From an uncultured bacterium (GTDB taxonomy: Bacteria; Zixibacteria; MSB-5A5; CAIYYT01), in the NCBI GenBank assembly GCA_903903945.1, contig CAIVAP010000112.1, forward strand, positions 1-63,966: a DNA stretch of 63,966 nt. Direction: 5' to 3'. The translations under genes and the position numbers were made by a program. The notes under the pieces are model-generated. The model did no database searches. It worked only from the letters and a program-made list of their open reading frames with translations, and was not told the DNA's origin. This document shows, in pieces, positions 1-10,968 of this stretch; positions within the stretch are counted from its first letter, which is position 1; every line of letters begins with the position of its first letter.

Positions 1-670
1 CAAACTCTACCATGTAGCCTTCATAAAAGAAGGCCGTATAGTCAGAAATACGCGCCGCTTGCTGCATGTTGTGAGTCACAATCACGATTGTGTACTGGCG
101 TTTTAGTTCGGCGATCAAGTCTTCAATCTTGGCGGTCGATATCGGATCGAGCGCGGAGGCCGGTTCATCCATCAACAGCACTTCCGGCCGGACTGCCAAT
201 GCCCGTGCGATACAAAGCCGCTGTTGCTGGCCGCCGGAGAGCATATAGGCGCTGTTGTTGAGCTTGTCTTTCACTTCGTCCCACAAAAACGCTCTTTTGA
301 GCGTGTCCTCAACCGCTTCGCCGATAATCTGTCTGTCTTTGATGCCGTTGACTCGCAAACCGTACGCGACATTGTCGAAGATCGATTTCGGGAAGGGGTT
401 CGACTTTTGGAAGACCATGCCGACGCGCGTTCTCACCGTTGATACATCCCTAATGTCTCTGTAGATATCAACGCCGTCGAGTTTGACAGTCCCTTCTCTG
501 CGTGTGCCCGGAATCGTTTCGTTCATGCGGTTCAACGTCCGCAGGAACGTCGATTTGCCGCAACCGGATGGCCCGATAAGCGCGGTCACGCGATGCTCTT
601 CGATATCCAGGGACACGCGGTGCAGCGCCTGAGATCGTCCATAGAAGAAGTCCAGATCACGTACTTCCAT
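1..670 (-). CDS. pstB: Phosphate ABC transporter ATP-binding protein PstB; C-terminal end cut by the window edge
   Basis: Absent from the ORF track because it runs off the left edge. The reverse translation reads [51 protein letters not shown]...[34 protein letters not shown], showing Walker A, LSGGQ and Walker B. It lies directly downstream of pstA. The start is ambiguous: ATG 670, or in-frame GTG at 676 or 703. Confidence 0.9.
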   Translation of the reverse strand, partial: MEVRDLDFFYGRSQALHRVSLDIEEHRVTALIGPSGCGKSTFLRTLNRMNETIPGTRREGTVKLDGVDIYRDIRDVSTVRTRVGMVFQKSNPFPKSIFDNVAYGLRVNGIKDRQIIGEAVEDTLKRAFLWDEVKDKLNNSAYMLSGGQQQRLCIARALAVRPEVLLMDEPASALDPISTAKIEDLIAELKRQYTIVIVTHNMQQAARISDYTAFFYEGYMVEF

Positions 671-743
671 TTTCACTTTGCCTGCTTGTCGCGGCGGATG
701 CACGCGTGACCCGGCTTCGAGTTTGTTGGTTTCTAATTCGGCA

Positions 744-1694
744 TCAAACACTTATTCGCCTCGACCGTATCCTCGATCTAATCAGGATTGCCATAAAGTT
801 CAAGAGAAATGTCAGCACCAGCAGCACCAAGACGGTTCCATAGAGAATCGGTTTGGTCTTTTCGATATCCGGTGACTGCGTGGACATTACATATACATGA
901 TAACCAAGTTCCATAAACTGATCATTAAGCGCCTTGGGCAGATAAGGCAAATAGTAGGCCGCGCCTGTAAACATAATCGGCGCGACTTCACCGGCGCCTC
1001 GGCTGATTGCCAGAATCGCTCCGGTGAAAATTCCGGGTAGCGCCTGAGGAATGATTATCCGGATTATAGTTTGCAGTTTCGTGGCGCCCAGAGCATAACT
1101 CGCGTCTTTTATCTCGCGAGGGATGGCGCGCAGGGCTTCCTCGGTGGACACAATCACTACCGGTAGAGTCAGCAGCGCGAGCGTCAAAGCCGCCCAGATG
1201 ATTGCCGGTTGTCCCCAAACCGGTTTCTCCGCACCCAGCAGAGCGGTGTCAATACCGTGTCCGATAAATCCGATGAAGAATCCCAGACCGAATAGTCCGA
1301 ACACAATCGAAGGTACACCGGCCAGATTGTTGATCGCGGTGCGAATTAGTCGGGTGGTGCGCGAAGTGGGACTCGTGTATTCGTGCAGATAGACGGCAGT
1401 GAGAACGCCAACAGGCACGCCGGTGATGACCATCAGGATCACAAGAAAAACAGTGCCGAAGATCGCCGGGAAAATACCGCCCGCTTCCATTCCGTGCTCC
1501 GGGGGTTTGCTCAAGAATTCCCAACTGATTGTGCCCAGGCCGCCATGCAGAACATTCAGCAAGATCACCGCCAGCATCGCGATGATGATTATGACCGCTG
1601 TAAGAGTCAGGCCACGCGGGATCAAACCGCTGCCTTTGGATTTGAATTCGAGTACCGGACCTGTCGATGCTGCGATGGCCATGCGATCTGTCAT
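744..1694 (-). CDS. pstA: Phosphate ABC transporter permease PstA
   Basis: 316-aa polytopic membrane ORF with the permease loop [25 protein letters not shown]. Its ATG overlaps the pstC stop (ATGA). It sits between pstC and pstB. Confidence 0.92.
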   Translation of the reverse strand: MTDRMAIAASTGPVLEFKSKGSGLIPRGLTLTAVIIIIAMLAVILLNVLHGGLGTISWEFLSKPPEHGMEAGGIFPAIFGTVFLVILMVITGVPVGVLTAVYLHEYTSPTSRTTRLIRTAINNLAGVPSIVFGLFGLGFFIGFIGHGIDTALLGAEKPVWGQPAIIWAALTLALLTLPVVIVSTEEALRAIPREIKDASYALGATKLQTIIRIIIPQALPGIFTGAILAISRGAGEVAPIMFTGAAYYLPYLPKALNDQFMELGYHVYVMSTQSPDIEKTKPILYGTVLVLLVLTFLLNFMAILIRSRIRSRRISV

Positions 1695-2650
1695 GATAGC
1701 TTGCCTTGGAATCTAATCTTGAGGCGCTGAAGCACAAGTTCGCCGCCGAGATTCACGAGAAACGTGAACAGGAACAGCACCGTCCCGATGAAGAAAAGCA
1801 CATTGTAGTGCGCGCTGCCAAATACAACTTCCGCCAGTTCAGCCGCGATTGTCGCCGAGAGCGTGCGTGCCGAGTCAATGAAGCTGGCCGAGACAATTGC
1901 CGCGTTGCCGGATGCCATCAAGACAATCATCGTCTCGCCGATTGCTCTGCCGAATCCGAGCACGATACCGGCGGCAATGCCGGGAAGCGCCGCGGGAAGC
2001 ACCATCGTAAATGAAACCTGCCAAGGGTTGGCGCCCAAAGCGCGGGCTGCATCACGAAGGGATGTCGGCACCGAATTCATGGCGTCCTCGGCGACGGTGA
2101 AGATGATCGGAATGATTGCCAGACCGAGCGCTATGCCGGCGTTGAGTATGTTGAGTCGATAGGTCAGACCGAAAACATCTTGCAGAAACGTCGCCAGCAC
2201 AATCAAGGCAAAAAACCCCAGCACAACGGACGGAATACCGGCGAGCAGTTCAATCACGGGTTTGATAATTTCTCGCATTCGCTTGGAGGCAAACTCAGCC
2301 GAATAGATCGCCGCCCCGATAGCTAATGGTGCTGCGAAGAGCATGGCGATGATCGCCGCTTTGACCGTTCCCAAGAACAGCGGCCAGAGCGAATACTTGG
2401 GGAGATCGGAATTGGGTTGCCAACTCCATTTCGCCGGTTTGTTTGGCTGAAACTGCTGCTTGAAAGTCATCTTGTTAAGGCTGGCTTCCTTCTGAACCTC
2501 GCTGCTCGTAAAAATCGGTGTCGCTTCTTTGAAGATGAAGACGAAAATCAGCAGAATCGCGATCAGTGCGGCAAAGGCGTTTACCGCGATAAATTTCTCC
2601 CCCAAAAATTCGCGCCAGCGCGATTTGGGTTTGAACTGATAGGGGGTCAT
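1691..2650 (-). CDS. pstC: Phosphate ABC transporter permease PstC
   Basis: 319-aa polytopic membrane ORF with the permease loop EDAMNSVPTSLRDAARALGANPWQ. It starts 10 nt after pstS. Confidence 0.92.
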   Translation of the reverse strand: MTPYQFKPKSRWREFLGEKFIAVNAFAALIAILLIFVFIFKEATPIFTSSEVQKEASLNKMTFKQQFQPNKPAKWSWQPNSDLPKYSLWPLFLGTVKAAIIAMLFAAPLAIGAAIYSAEFASKRMREIIKPVIELLAGIPSVVLGFFALIVLATFLQDVFGLTYRLNILNAGIALGLAIIPIIFTVAEDAMNSVPTSLRDAARALGANPWQVSFTMVLPAALPGIAAGIVLGFGRAIGETMIVLMASGNAAIVSASFIDSARTLSATIAAELAEVVFGSAHYNVLFFIGTVLFLFTFLVNLGGELVLQRLKIRFQGKLS

Positions 2651-2660
2651 AAGGTATCTC

Positions 2661-3485
2661 TCACTGTGCCCTCACCGGCACAAAACCCGACTCGACGACG
2701 ATCTTCTCCCCTGTCGACGAAAGCACCCAGTCGATAAACTCTTTCGTTTCTCCCGTCGGTTCGCCATTCAAAAATAAGTACAACTCGCGCGATATCGGAT
2801 ACGATCTATCGGAAACGTTTGCGGCGCTTGGTAACACTGCCTGCGCCGAATCGTTGACTTTGATGCCCGCGTATCTGATCGTCGTCGCCCAGGCAATACC
2901 GCCATAGCCGATACCGTTGACATCATGCGCCACGGCATGCACAACCGACGCCGTGCCCGGCAACGGTTCGCAGCGTTCGGCATAGTCTTCACCGCCTAAT
3001 ATTTGTTTCTGAAAGTAGGTGTATGTCCCGGAGTTGTTTTCGCGACCATAGAGGATAATTGGTTGGTCGGGTCCTCCGAGGTCTTTCCAGTTGGTGATAC
3101 GATCGGTGTAAATGTCCCGGAGTTGCCCCAGTGTTAGATCAACAATCGGGTTGTTCTTGTGGAGATAGATGGCGATGCCATCAAGCGCAACCACCAACTG
3201 ATGGACTTTCACCCCCTTGGTTGCAGCAATACGAATCTCGGCATCGGTCAGGAGACGAGACGACGCACAGACTCTGGTTGCGCCATTGATCAGCGCGGCA
3301 ATGCCTGATGATGATCCGCCACCGGAAACCTGGATCACCGTCTGCTTGTGGCCTTTCATGTATTCCTCGGCCAAGCGTTGGCAGAGACGCACCATAGTGT
3401 CCGAGCCCTTGACCGTGATTTGCCCGGCCAAGGCTGCCTGTGATAGGGCCAATATCAGAAACGCTTCCGCGAGTAATCTTCTCAT
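2661..3485 (-). CDS. pstS: Periplasmic phosphate-binding protein PstS
   Basis: 274 aa with signal peptide MRRLLAEAFLILALSQAALA. Phosphate-binding-protein motifs are present (KGSDTM, SGGGSSSGI, RENNSGTY). It is the first gene of the pstSCAB run. Confidence 0.9.
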   Translation of the reverse strand: MRRLLAEAFLILALSQAALAGQITVKGSDTMVRLCQRLAEEYMKGHKQTVIQVSGGGSSSGIAALINGATRVCASSRLLTDAEIRIAATKGVKVHQLVVALDGIAIYLHKNNPIVDLTLGQLRDIYTDRITNWKDLGGPDQPIILYGRENNSGTYTYFQKQILGGEDYAERCEPLPGTASVVHAVAHDVNGIGYGGIAWATTIRYAGIKVNDSAQAVLPSAANVSDRSYPISRELYLFLNGEPTGETKEFIDWVLSSTGEKIVVESGFVPVRAQ

Positions 3486-3525
3486 CGATGGTCCTTTAGC
3501 ATCATGTCTTAGTAACGACGGAAAA

Positions 3526-3543
3526 TGTTAGGATTTCGTTAGA
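3526..3543 (-). promoter_or_regulatory. Candidate Pho-box: two direct repeats, TCTAACG and CCTAACA, 11 bp apart upstream of pstS
   Basis: The minus strand reads TCTAACGaaatCCTAACA, 41-58 nt upstream of the pstS ATG. The 11-bp periodicity is typical of PhoB/PhoP boxes. There are only two repeats and the consensus for this lineage is unknown. Confidence 0.25.
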
Positions 3544-3587
3544 GAACTGTGAAATGTCCATAAGGGGACGTTGAAAAACATTCGAGT

Positions 3588-3735
3588 TGTCATTGCGAGG
3601 AGTCATGGTGAGTGGAGGTGTGGAGAGGTAATGATGACGAAGCAATCTGCGCACCCGCATCTGGAGAGCGTAAATCGAGATTGCTTCGTCGTGCTCCACA
3701 CCCTGCATCACCTCTCCGCACTCCTCGCAATGACA
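3588..3735. repeat. 148-bp nested imperfect palindrome (REP/MITE-like structured element) between phoR and pstS
   Basis: Perfect 16-bp outer inverted repeat: tgtcattgcgaggagt (3588-3603) against actcctcgcaatgaca (3720-3735). Perfect 13-bp inner inverted repeat: gacgaagcaatct (3636-3648) against agattgcttcgtc (3678-3690). An 8-bp repeat ggagaggt/acctctcc is also present (3622-3629 against 3710-3717). Confidence 0.75.
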
Positions 3736-3784
3736 CGGTTTGGATTTTTTCAATAGTCCCATAAATTCTAGCCTTGTCGAAATC

Positions 3785-5170
3785 CTATCTCAACGGAAGA
3801 CTAATGGTAAAAGTACTCCCCTCGCCCACACGGCTATCGACCCATATCGTGCCGCCGTGTGCCAGAACAATATGTTTGGCGATTGCCAGTCCCAAGCCGG
3901 TTCCTCCCTCAGCGCGACTGCGGGCTTTGTCAACACGGTAGAACCGTTCAAACAGACGCGGCAGATGCTCCGGGGCAATGCCGACGCCATGGTCACGCAC
4001 GGCGATGGAAATAGCGCTTCCGTTTTGGATGGCGGCAATCTCAATGGCGCTACCGGCATCGCTATACTTGGCAGCATTGTCAATAAGATTCACAACCGCT
4101 TGTTCAAGTAGCGGCGGATTGATGCGGACAACGAGATCATCAGGACATGACAAGGAGACGTGAATACTCTTCGCCGTGATCTGTGATTCGCAGGCGCTGA
4201 TGGCCGCCGTCAGCAGTCCTCTTAGCGCAGCTTGTTCAAGCACAATTTCTCCCCGCTCGACACCTTGCTCAATGCGCGAAAGTTTCAGGAGATCCTCGAT
4301 AATGGCATTAAGACGATTGGCCTGCTTGGCGACGATTTTCAGAAAGCGTTCGGTGTCTTCGGGATTGCGAAACGCACCGTCAAGCAAGGTCTCGACGTAG
4401 CCCTTGATCGACGTAATCGGTGTCTTCAACTCATGCGAGACGTTGGCGACAAAATCGCGTCGCACCTGCTCAAGCTTGCGCAAGCGGGTGACATCATTCA
4501 GAACAATAAGCGCACCGACTGTGTTGCGCGTCGCATCGCGCAGCATTGTGCCGGTTACTTGTAGATGGCGATCTTCGACGCCCTGTAGTATAACGTCCAC
4601 CTCAACCGGTGCGCCAAATTCGAGAGTTAGTGTTACCAATCGGTGCAGATCACTGTTGCGAATCGTCTCCTGCAGAGTGCGTCCGAGAACGTTGGCACTT
4701 TCGAGGCCGAGCAATCTGGCGGCCGCCTGATTGATACTGATCAACTTTTCGTCGGCATCGACGACAAGAACGCCCTCTATCATGCTTGATACAATCGTGT
4801 CGTGCTCTTGCCGCCGCTGCGTAAGTTCGGCTGCGCGTTCTTGAAGTTGTCGTGCTACGTCATTAACAGCCGCCGCCAGCGAGGCGACGCTGTCATCAGA
4901 GGTCGCCTTCGCGCGACCGCTGTCGTCAATCTGCGCCATTCGCTCGACGCCCGCCCTGATTTGTATCAATGATATTGCCAGTCTCCGGGCAAACAAATAG
5001 GTGACGAGAACCGCCGCAACTGCCAGAGCAACGACGATGACGATGAAACTCGTGGACAAAACCTGTGACGAAAGGATCACTATGGACAGCACTGCCAGAA
5101 ACAGCAGGATCGCCGGCAGCAGCAAGGGAAGATATATGCGCCAAATGCGGCGGGTGTGATTCACTCTCAC
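3785..5170 (-). CDS. phoR: Sensor histidine kinase, PhoR-like (TM-HAMP-PAS-HisKA-HATPase)
   Basis: 461 aa with two N-terminal TM helices. H-box FVANVSHELKTPITSIKGY and ATP-lid motifs (DNAAKYS, RDHGVGI, GGTGLGLAI) are present. Its GTG start overlaps the phoB stop. The Pho assignment rests on the adjacent pst operon. Confidence 0.8.
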   Translation of the reverse strand: MRVNHTRRIWRIYLPLLLPAILLFLAVLSIVILSSQVLSTSFIVIVVALAVAAVLVTYLFARRLAISLIQIRAGVERMAQIDDSGRAKATSDDSVASLAAAVNDVARQLQERAAELTQRRQEHDTIVSSMIEGVLVVDADEKLISINQAAARLLGLESANVLGRTLQETIRNSDLHRLVTLTLEFGAPVEVDVILQGVEDRHLQVTGTMLRDATRNTVGALIVLNDVTRLRKLEQVRRDFVANVSHELKTPITSIKGYVETLLDGAFRNPEDTERFLKIVAKQANRLNAIIEDLLKLSRIEQGVERGEIVLEQAALRGLLTAAISACESQITAKSIHVSLSCPDDLVVRINPPLLEQAVVNLIDNAAKYSDAGSAIEIAAIQNGSAISIAVRDHGVGIAPEHLPRLFERFYRVDKARSRAEGGTGLGLAIAKHIVLAHGGTIWVDSRVGEGSTFTISLPLR

Positions 5171-5853
5171 TCCGAAAGTTTGTAGCCGACACCGCGAACG
5201 GTTTCGACATACTTGCCGGCGTCACCAAGTTTGCGCCGCAACCCAACGATCTGAACATCGACGGCGCGGTCGGTGACAATTGTTTCCTCGCCACGGATTT
5301 CGTTGACGATCTGATAGCGACTGAATACCCAGCCGGGATGGCGCGCCAATAAATGCAGGATTAAGAATTCGGTCAAGGTGAGATCGACAACTTCTCCCGC
5401 TACAGTGACTTCGTGCCGACCCGGATCGATGACGATATCATGCACGCGGACCGTGGCGGTTTCTTTGACATTGGCCTTTGCCTTACGCCGCAGCACTGTT
5501 CGCACCCGGGCAATCAGCACTTTGGGAGTGAAGGGTTTGGCGAGGTAGTCGTCGGCGCCAATTTCCAGACCGGTGATGATGTCACTGTCCTCGCTCTTGG
5601 CGGTCAGCATGATCACGGGGATGTGCTGTGTTTTCGAGTCGTTTTTGAGGATCTTGCAGACTTCCAAACCGTCAATGCCTGGCAACATCAGATCGAGGAC
5701 GATCAGATCGGGAAGACTGCTGCGCGCGGCCTTGAGACCGACTTCCCCGGAAGCCGCGCCGCTGACTCGATAGCCTTCTTTGGCAAGGTTGTACTTCACC
5801 AATTCGAGAATGTCTTCCTCATCCTCGACGACTAAGATGCTTTCTTTTGGCAT
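5167..5853 (-). CDS. phoB: OmpR/PhoB-family response regulator
   Basis: 228 aa. Receiver domain (ILVVEDEEDI, VLDLMLPGIDG, MLTAK) plus a winged-helix output domain (ETVRGVGYKL). Translationally coupled to phoR. Confidence 0.85.
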   Translation of the reverse strand: MPKESILVVEDEEDILELVKYNLAKEGYRVSGAASGEVGLKAARSSLPDLIVLDLMLPGIDGLEVCKILKNDSKTQHIPVIMLTAKSEDSDIITGLEIGADDYLAKPFTPKVLIARVRTVLRRKAKANVKETATVRVHDIVIDPGRHEVTVAGEVVDLTLTEFLILHLLARHPGWVFSRYQIVNEIRGEETIVTDRAVDVQIVGLRRKLGDAGKYVETVRGVGYKLSE

Positions 5854-6182
5854 ACTGTTCTCTTTACGCTCTCACGAAACAGGTTCACAATATGGGACTG
5901 CTGAAAAAACCTTGTCGCCCGAACTGTCGCGGCTAAAGCCGCTCCTACAACTGTACCAGACGTGCTGCTAAGGCTATTTGTAAGAGCGACTTTAGTCGCG
6001 ACTTGCTCACTCTGGCACAACTGCGACGCTCACCAGGATATTCCTCCAACCGGCTTTTTCAACAGCCTCAATATAGTAGTTGTACGACACAATCCAAGCA
6101 CAACCATAACAGTGGCCGATTAGATTCATGTGATCTATTTGTTAGGGAATAGTTAGGATAGAGCTTGTGACTCGGAAATCAG

Positions 6183-7238
6183 CTAACAGATACGTGGCAA
6201 CTGTTCGCCGGAGAGCATGTCAACGATGCGCGTAGAGCCGATTGTGCCAGTCATCAGGACAAGACCCGCATCGTCCACGGTTGTCGTGCCAATAAACGTC
6301 GACATTTCGCTGACAGGCTCACTTTTGAGAATCGCCAGCGCCCGCTCGGCGTCATTCTCCGGCACGAAGGCAACAAAACGACCTTCGTTGGCTACATAAA
6401 GCGGATCAAGTCCAAGCAATTCACAGGCGCTTCGCACCGGTTCGCAGACCGCAATCGCGGTTTCCTTGATGTGCATGCCTAAGCGCGCTTGCTGAGCAAC
6501 TTCGGTCAGCGCGCTGGCCAGACCACCTCTGGTCAGATCGCGTAAACAGTGGACGTCAATACCACCTGCCAGCAGCTTCTGTACGGCCGTGTGTAGCGGC
6601 GCGCAATCACTCTCAATAGTCGTTTCAAATTGGAGTCCGGCGCGCTGCGCCATGATGGCGATACCATGTCTGCCAATATCGCCGGAGAGAATGATCGCAT
6701 CACCTGGTCGCACGCTGCCCGGGACAATATCCAGACTGTGTTCCACGACACCGATACCGGCCGTATTGATAAATATGCCGTCACCTTTGCCGCGGTCGAC
6801 TACTTTCGTATCTCCAGTGATAATCTGCACGTCAGCTTCGGCAGCCGTCTTCTTGATCGAGTCCATAATGCGCGAGAGCGTCTCAACCGGCAGACCTTCT
6901 TCGAGGATCAGTCCGAGACTCAAATAGAGCGGTCGCGCACCCGCCATGGCAAGATCATTGACCGTGCCGTTGATTGCCAGAGTGCCGATATCCCCTCCGA
7001 CAAAAAACAACGGGCTGACAACGTAGGAATCGGTCGTAAATGCCAGTTTCTGATTGCCGACTACAAAAACGCTGGCATCATGTCGCGACTGGAGATGCAC
7101 GTTATCCAACGCCGGAAGAACCACACTCTCCAGAAGCTGGCGCATTAGTTTGCCACCACCGCCGTGAGCAAGCAAAATCTGTTCGTAGTTTGCTATGGGT
7201 GTCGGGCAGGATAAGGCGAAGTTTTTGTCGTCGGCCAT
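6183..7238 (-). CDS. hypE: Hydrogenase maturation protein HypE
   Basis: 351 aa with an AIR-synthase-like fold. It ends in the HypE-specific C-terminus ...GEQLPRIC. It follows hypD. Confidence 0.93.
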   Translation of the reverse strand: MADDKNFALSCPTPIANYEQILLAHGGGGKLMRQLLESVVLPALDNVHLQSRHDASVFVVGNQKLAFTTDSYVVSPLFFVGGDIGTLAINGTVNDLAMAGARPLYLSLGLILEEGLPVETLSRIMDSIKKTAAEADVQIITGDTKVVDRGKGDGIFINTAGIGVVEHSLDIVPGSVRPGDAIILSGDIGRHGIAIMAQRAGLQFETTIESDCAPLHTAVQKLLAGGIDVHCLRDLTRGGLASALTEVAQQARLGMHIKETAIAVCEPVRSACELLGLDPLYVANEGRFVAFVPENDAERALAILKSEPVSEMSTFIGTTTVDDAGLVLMTGTIGSTRIVDMLSGEQLPRIC

Positions 7239-7250
7239 GTTGTGTTCCTT

Positions 7251-8360
7251 CTATCCTGCGCGCCTGCCGGAAGCGGTGGCGCCGCGATAGCGATAGTAAG
7301 CGGCGCAAGCCCCCTCGGATGATACCATGGTTGCACCTAGTGGATGCTCCGGTGTGCAGCGTGTGCCGAATGCCGGGCAGTCATGTGGCTTCTTGATCCC
7401 CTGGAGAATCAATCCGCTGATACATTCGGCCGACTCTTCGATCTTGCGATCCGCCAGGCCAAATCGCAGTTCGGCATCATACTGACGATACTCACCGCGC
7501 AACGCCAGGCCGCTGTTGTTGATTTCGCCGATGCCTCGCCATTTGCGTGCAACAACTTCGAACACGTCGGAAAGCAGCTTCTGCGCGGGGATATTGCCTT
7601 CACGGGTTACTACGCGGCTGTATGGATTTTCGACCTCGTAACGTCCCTGTTCAAGCTGCGTCACACACATCAGGATTCCCTGCAAGATATCCACCGGCTC
7701 AAAGCCGGTAACGACAATCGGCGTTTTGTATTTCGCAGCAATCGGCTCATACTCATGATAGCCCATGACCGTGCAGACATGTCCCGCCGCCAGAAATCCC
7801 TGGACCTGATTGTGCGGTGAACCGAGAATGGCCTCCATCGCCGGAGGAACAAGCACGTGTGATACGAGTAATGAGAAGTTGCGGACGCCCAAGCGGTGCG
7901 CTTGATAAGCGGCCATGCCGTTTGCGGGGGCGGTTGTTTCAAAACCGACGGCGAAGAAAACAACCTGTTTGTCGGGATTCTCGGTCGCCAGTTTCAGCGC
8001 ATCCAGCGGCGAATAGACAATGCGTACATCACCACCGGCAGCCTTGACGGCAAGCAAGTCGCGGTGTAAACCGGGAACGCGCAACATGTCACCGAAGGAG
8101 CAGAAGATAACGTCCGGGGCGGATGCTATCTCGATAGCCTTTTCGATCAATTCCAGAGCGGTTACACAGACGGGACAGCCGGGGCCATGCACCAGAGTGA
8201 TGTCAGGGGGCAATAGCTCATCAATGCCGAACCGGACGATGGCGTGAGTCTGTCCACCGCAGATTTCCATGATGGTCCATGGTTGGGTCACAACGGCCTT
8301 GATGCGCTTAGCCAATTCGTGAGCCGCTTTGGCATCGCGGTACTCGTCGACGAACTTCAA
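7251..8360 (-). CDS. hypD: Hydrogenase maturation protein HypD
   Basis: 369 aa with motifs [18 protein letters not shown] and SHVLVPPA. Its TTG start overlaps the hypC stop. Confidence 0.93.
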   Translation of the reverse strand: MKFVDEYRDAKAAHELAKRIKAVVTQPWTIMEICGGQTHAIVRFGIDELLPPDITLVHGPGCPVCVTALELIEKAIEIASAPDVIFCSFGDMLRVPGLHRDLLAVKAAGGDVRIVYSPLDALKLATENPDKQVVFFAVGFETTAPANGMAAYQAHRLGVRNFSLLVSHVLVPPAMEAILGSPHNQVQGFLAAGHVCTVMGYHEYEPIAAKYKTPIVVTGFEPVDILQGILMCVTQLEQGRYEVENPYSRVVTREGNIPAQKLLSDVFEVVARKWRGIGEINNSGLALRGEYRQYDAELRFGLADRKIEESAECISGLILQGIKKPHDCPAFGTRCTPEHPLGATMVSSEGACAAYYRYRGATASGRRAG

Positions 8361-8611
8361 TTCGCTTCTCCGAGTTCACTGCCAAGCATTTCCATCTCGC
8401 GCAAGTATTCGAACACTTTTTGCGCTTCTTCTTCATCGATGATGTTCAACGCAAAGCCGACGTGGATGATAACATAGTCACCGAGTTTGACCTCGGGGAC
8501 ATAGCAGAGATTGACTTCTTTTATCACGCCACCAAAATCAACTTTGCCCATCCGGAAAACCGGATCGTCCCCCGCGATGCTGATAACTTTACCGGGTATG
8601 GCCAAACACAT
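8357..8611 (-). CDS. hypC: Hydrogenase maturation chaperone HypC
   Basis: 84 aa starting MCLAIPGKV, which contains the essential Cys2. Confidence 0.93.
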   Translation of the reverse strand: MCLAIPGKVISIAGDDPVFRMGKVDFGGVIKEVNLCYVPEVKLGDYVIIHVGFALNIIDEEEAQKVFEYLREMEMLGSELGEAN

Positions 8612-8616
8612 AGCTC

Positions 8617-10926
8617 TTACTTTCCTGTCTTTGCGCGCGCAGCCCCGGCAATTTGACCCAGGGCGATACCGCCGTCATTAGGAGGTACGCGCTGATGCCA
8701 ATACGGATGAAAACCCTCGGCGCGCAGGCGCGTTATGGTACGCTCGGTGAGGTATTTGTTTTGAAAACAGCCGCCACTCAGCGCAACTTTCGGCTGCATA
8801 CTTCGCTTGGCGACGGCCACTATCATCTCTACGAGCGTATTATGAAACCGGGCCGCGACTGTTGATGTCGGTACACCGTGATCTCTATCAACCAGCAACA
8901 ACGCGATCGCCGGTTGCCAGTCGAGGATTAAGATAGAGTCATTCTCGCCGATTTGAAAGGGATAAACGTCCTCGGTCTGGGCACCGGCAATTGCAAACTC
9001 AAGCGCCATCGCTGCTTCACCTTCGTAGGTCGCTTTGTGGCACAAGCCGAGCAACGAGGCGACAGCATCAAAAAGCCGTCCGGCGCTGGAGGTTGGAATC
9101 GTGTTGACTCTGTTGACCAACATACCGCGTAGGACCGTCAGTTCATTGGTGGCGAACACATCACTTGCGAACGATTGCATGTCAAAACACTTTTCGCCAT
9201 AGGCCTGATACAGCAACCCGAGCGCACTTCGTCGCGGTTCTCGAACGGCGGCATCACCACCGGCAAGGGGAAACTGTCGCAGATAACCGACGCGACTATA
9301 AGAGGTTTCGTCAACGAGCAGGAATTCTCCCCCCCAGATCGTGCCATCGACACCCAGACCGGTGCCGTCCCACGATATCCCAAGCACCGGTGGCGCAACT
9401 TCATTCTCGGCCATACAACTGAGTATGTGCGCATAATGGTGCTGCACTGCCACAACCGGCGCCTTGAACTCCCGAGCCTTTTTGGTCGAAAGATAATCGG
9501 GGTGCAAGTCGCAGGCGACGACCTCCGGCACAGTTTCGTAGAGACGTATCAGATCAGCCAGTACGTTCTCAAACGCGCGGTAAGCTTCCGCCGTTTCGAG
9601 ATCGCCGATGTGCTGGCTGATAAAGACGTCACGACCGACTGAGACTGCCACACTGTTTTTGAGATGTGCACCGACGGCGACCGATTGCGGCAGCGACTGG
9701 GCAAGGGTCACCGGCAATGGCGCATAGCCACGTGCCCGGCGAGTCACCTGCTCGCGTCCGGCCACGATGCGTACGATGGAATCATCAACATGTCGTTTGA
9801 TCGGACGATCATGCACGAGAAACAGATCAGCAATCCCGTGCAACCGTCGCAATGCTTCTTGTTCGTCGATGCAGATTGGTTCTTCAGCGAGATTGGCGCT
9901 GGTGGATACGATTGGGAAGCCGAGCTTGCGCATCAGCAGGTGATGTTGCGGCGTGTAAGGCAACATAACTCCCAAATACGGATTGCCGGGGGCGACCGCT
10001 GTGGCAACCCGGGATACGTCTTGCCGTTTGCGCAACAGCACAATTGGCGACTCGATGGAGGTTAGTGAACGTTGTTCGACATCATCGGCAAAACAATCAT
10101 CGAGCACTTGCTGAAGAGTCGGATACATTAGCGCCAGCGGTTTGCTCGTGCGACGTTTCCGCTTTCGCAAATTGGCAACCGCTTGCTCATTGCGAGCGTC
10201 GACAATCAGATGAAACCCACCGAGTCCTTTGAAAGCGACAACCATGCCCGCTCTGATCGCTTCCACAGTTGCCAACAGCGCGTCATGCTTGCGTGCGAGA
10301 ACGCTGCCGCCATCATCCCACAACTCCAGTTGCGGGCCGCAGTCAGGGCAAGCGTTCGGCTGAGCGTGGAAACGCCGATCGCGCGGGTCTTCATACTCTT
10401 CGCAACAGCGTGGGCACATCGCGAACTTCTTCATAGTCGTGTTGGCGCGATCGTATGGCAGGGATTCAATGATTGTGTACCGCGGCCCGCAGTTCGTACA
10501 GTTGGTGAATGGGTAGAGATAACGCCGGTTGGTGGAATCAAAAATGTCTTGCAGGCAATCGGGACAGGTGGCGATATCGGGCAGGACGTACGCCGTCTTG
10601 CTACCGCCGTCGGAGCTTATGCGAATCTCAAACGATTCGTGGCCTAGCGGATCGAGGTGGGACACTTCGCAACTCTGGATGAAGGCGCGCGGGGGCAACT
10701 CTCGCGGCAGTCGCGCTAAGAACTGATCAAGTGTTTGCTGTTCTTGCTCGATGTCGATGACAACACCCTGTGCGGTGTTGGTAACATAGCCTCGGAGTTT
10801 CAATTCGCCGGCAAGGCGGTAGATATATGGGCGGAAGCCAACTCCCTGCACGGCGCCGCGAATCACCAGTCGTAACCGGTGCATTCCATCCCGATGGTCG
10901 TGCTGCGGGGTCGAAGAATTCTTCAT
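8617..10926 (-). CDS. hypF: Carbamoyltransferase HypF
   Basis: 769 aa. Contains an acylphosphatase-like N-terminus (GAVQGVGFRPYIYRLA), two zinc-finger pairs (CPDC...CTNCGPRYT and CPRC...CPDCGP), and YrdC-like and Kae1-like domains. Confidence 0.93.
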   Translation of the reverse strand: MKNSSTPQHDHRDGMHRLRLVIRGAVQGVGFRPYIYRLAGELKLRGYVTNTAQGVVIDIEQEQQTLDQFLARLPRELPPRAFIQSCEVSHLDPLGHESFEIRISSDGGSKTAYVLPDIATCPDCLQDIFDSTNRRYLYPFTNCTNCGPRYTIIESLPYDRANTTMKKFAMCPRCCEEYEDPRDRRFHAQPNACPDCGPQLELWDDGGSVLARKHDALLATVEAIRAGMVVAFKGLGGFHLIVDARNEQAVANLRKRKRRTSKPLALMYPTLQQVLDDCFADDVEQRSLTSIESPIVLLRKRQDVSRVATAVAPGNPYLGVMLPYTPQHHLLMRKLGFPIVSTSANLAEEPICIDEQEALRRLHGIADLFLVHDRPIKRHVDDSIVRIVAGREQVTRRARGYAPLPVTLAQSLPQSVAVGAHLKNSVAVSVGRDVFISQHIGDLETAEAYRAFENVLADLIRLYETVPEVVACDLHPDYLSTKKAREFKAPVVAVQHHYAHILSCMAENEVAPPVLGISWDGTGLGVDGTIWGGEFLLVDETSYSRVGYLRQFPLAGGDAAVREPRRSALGLLYQAYGEKCFDMQSFASDVFATNELTVLRGMLVNRVNTIPTSSAGRLFDAVASLLGLCHKATYEGEAAMALEFAIAGAQTEDVYPFQIGENDSILILDWQPAIALLLVDRDHGVPTSTVAARFHNTLVEMIVAVAKRSMQPKVALSGGCFQNKYLTERTITRLRAEGFHPYWHQRVPPNDGGIALGQIAGAARAKTGK

Positions 10927-10968
10927 GCCAAGATTATACGGGGTCGGGCGTCAAAGCAAGCAGACGAC

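Noticed and set aside
69-81. TTGTGAgTCACAA palindrome near the left edge.
   Set aside because: It lies inside the pstB coding sequence and has 1-nt rather than 6-nt spacing. It is not comparable to the intergenic sites.
3502-3762. 86-aa minus-strand ORF (and the 61-aa plus-strand ORF) between phoR and pstS.
   Set aside because: Both are read straight through the 148-bp palindrome. The symmetric sequence creates open frames on both strands, and there is no SD and no recognisable protein features.
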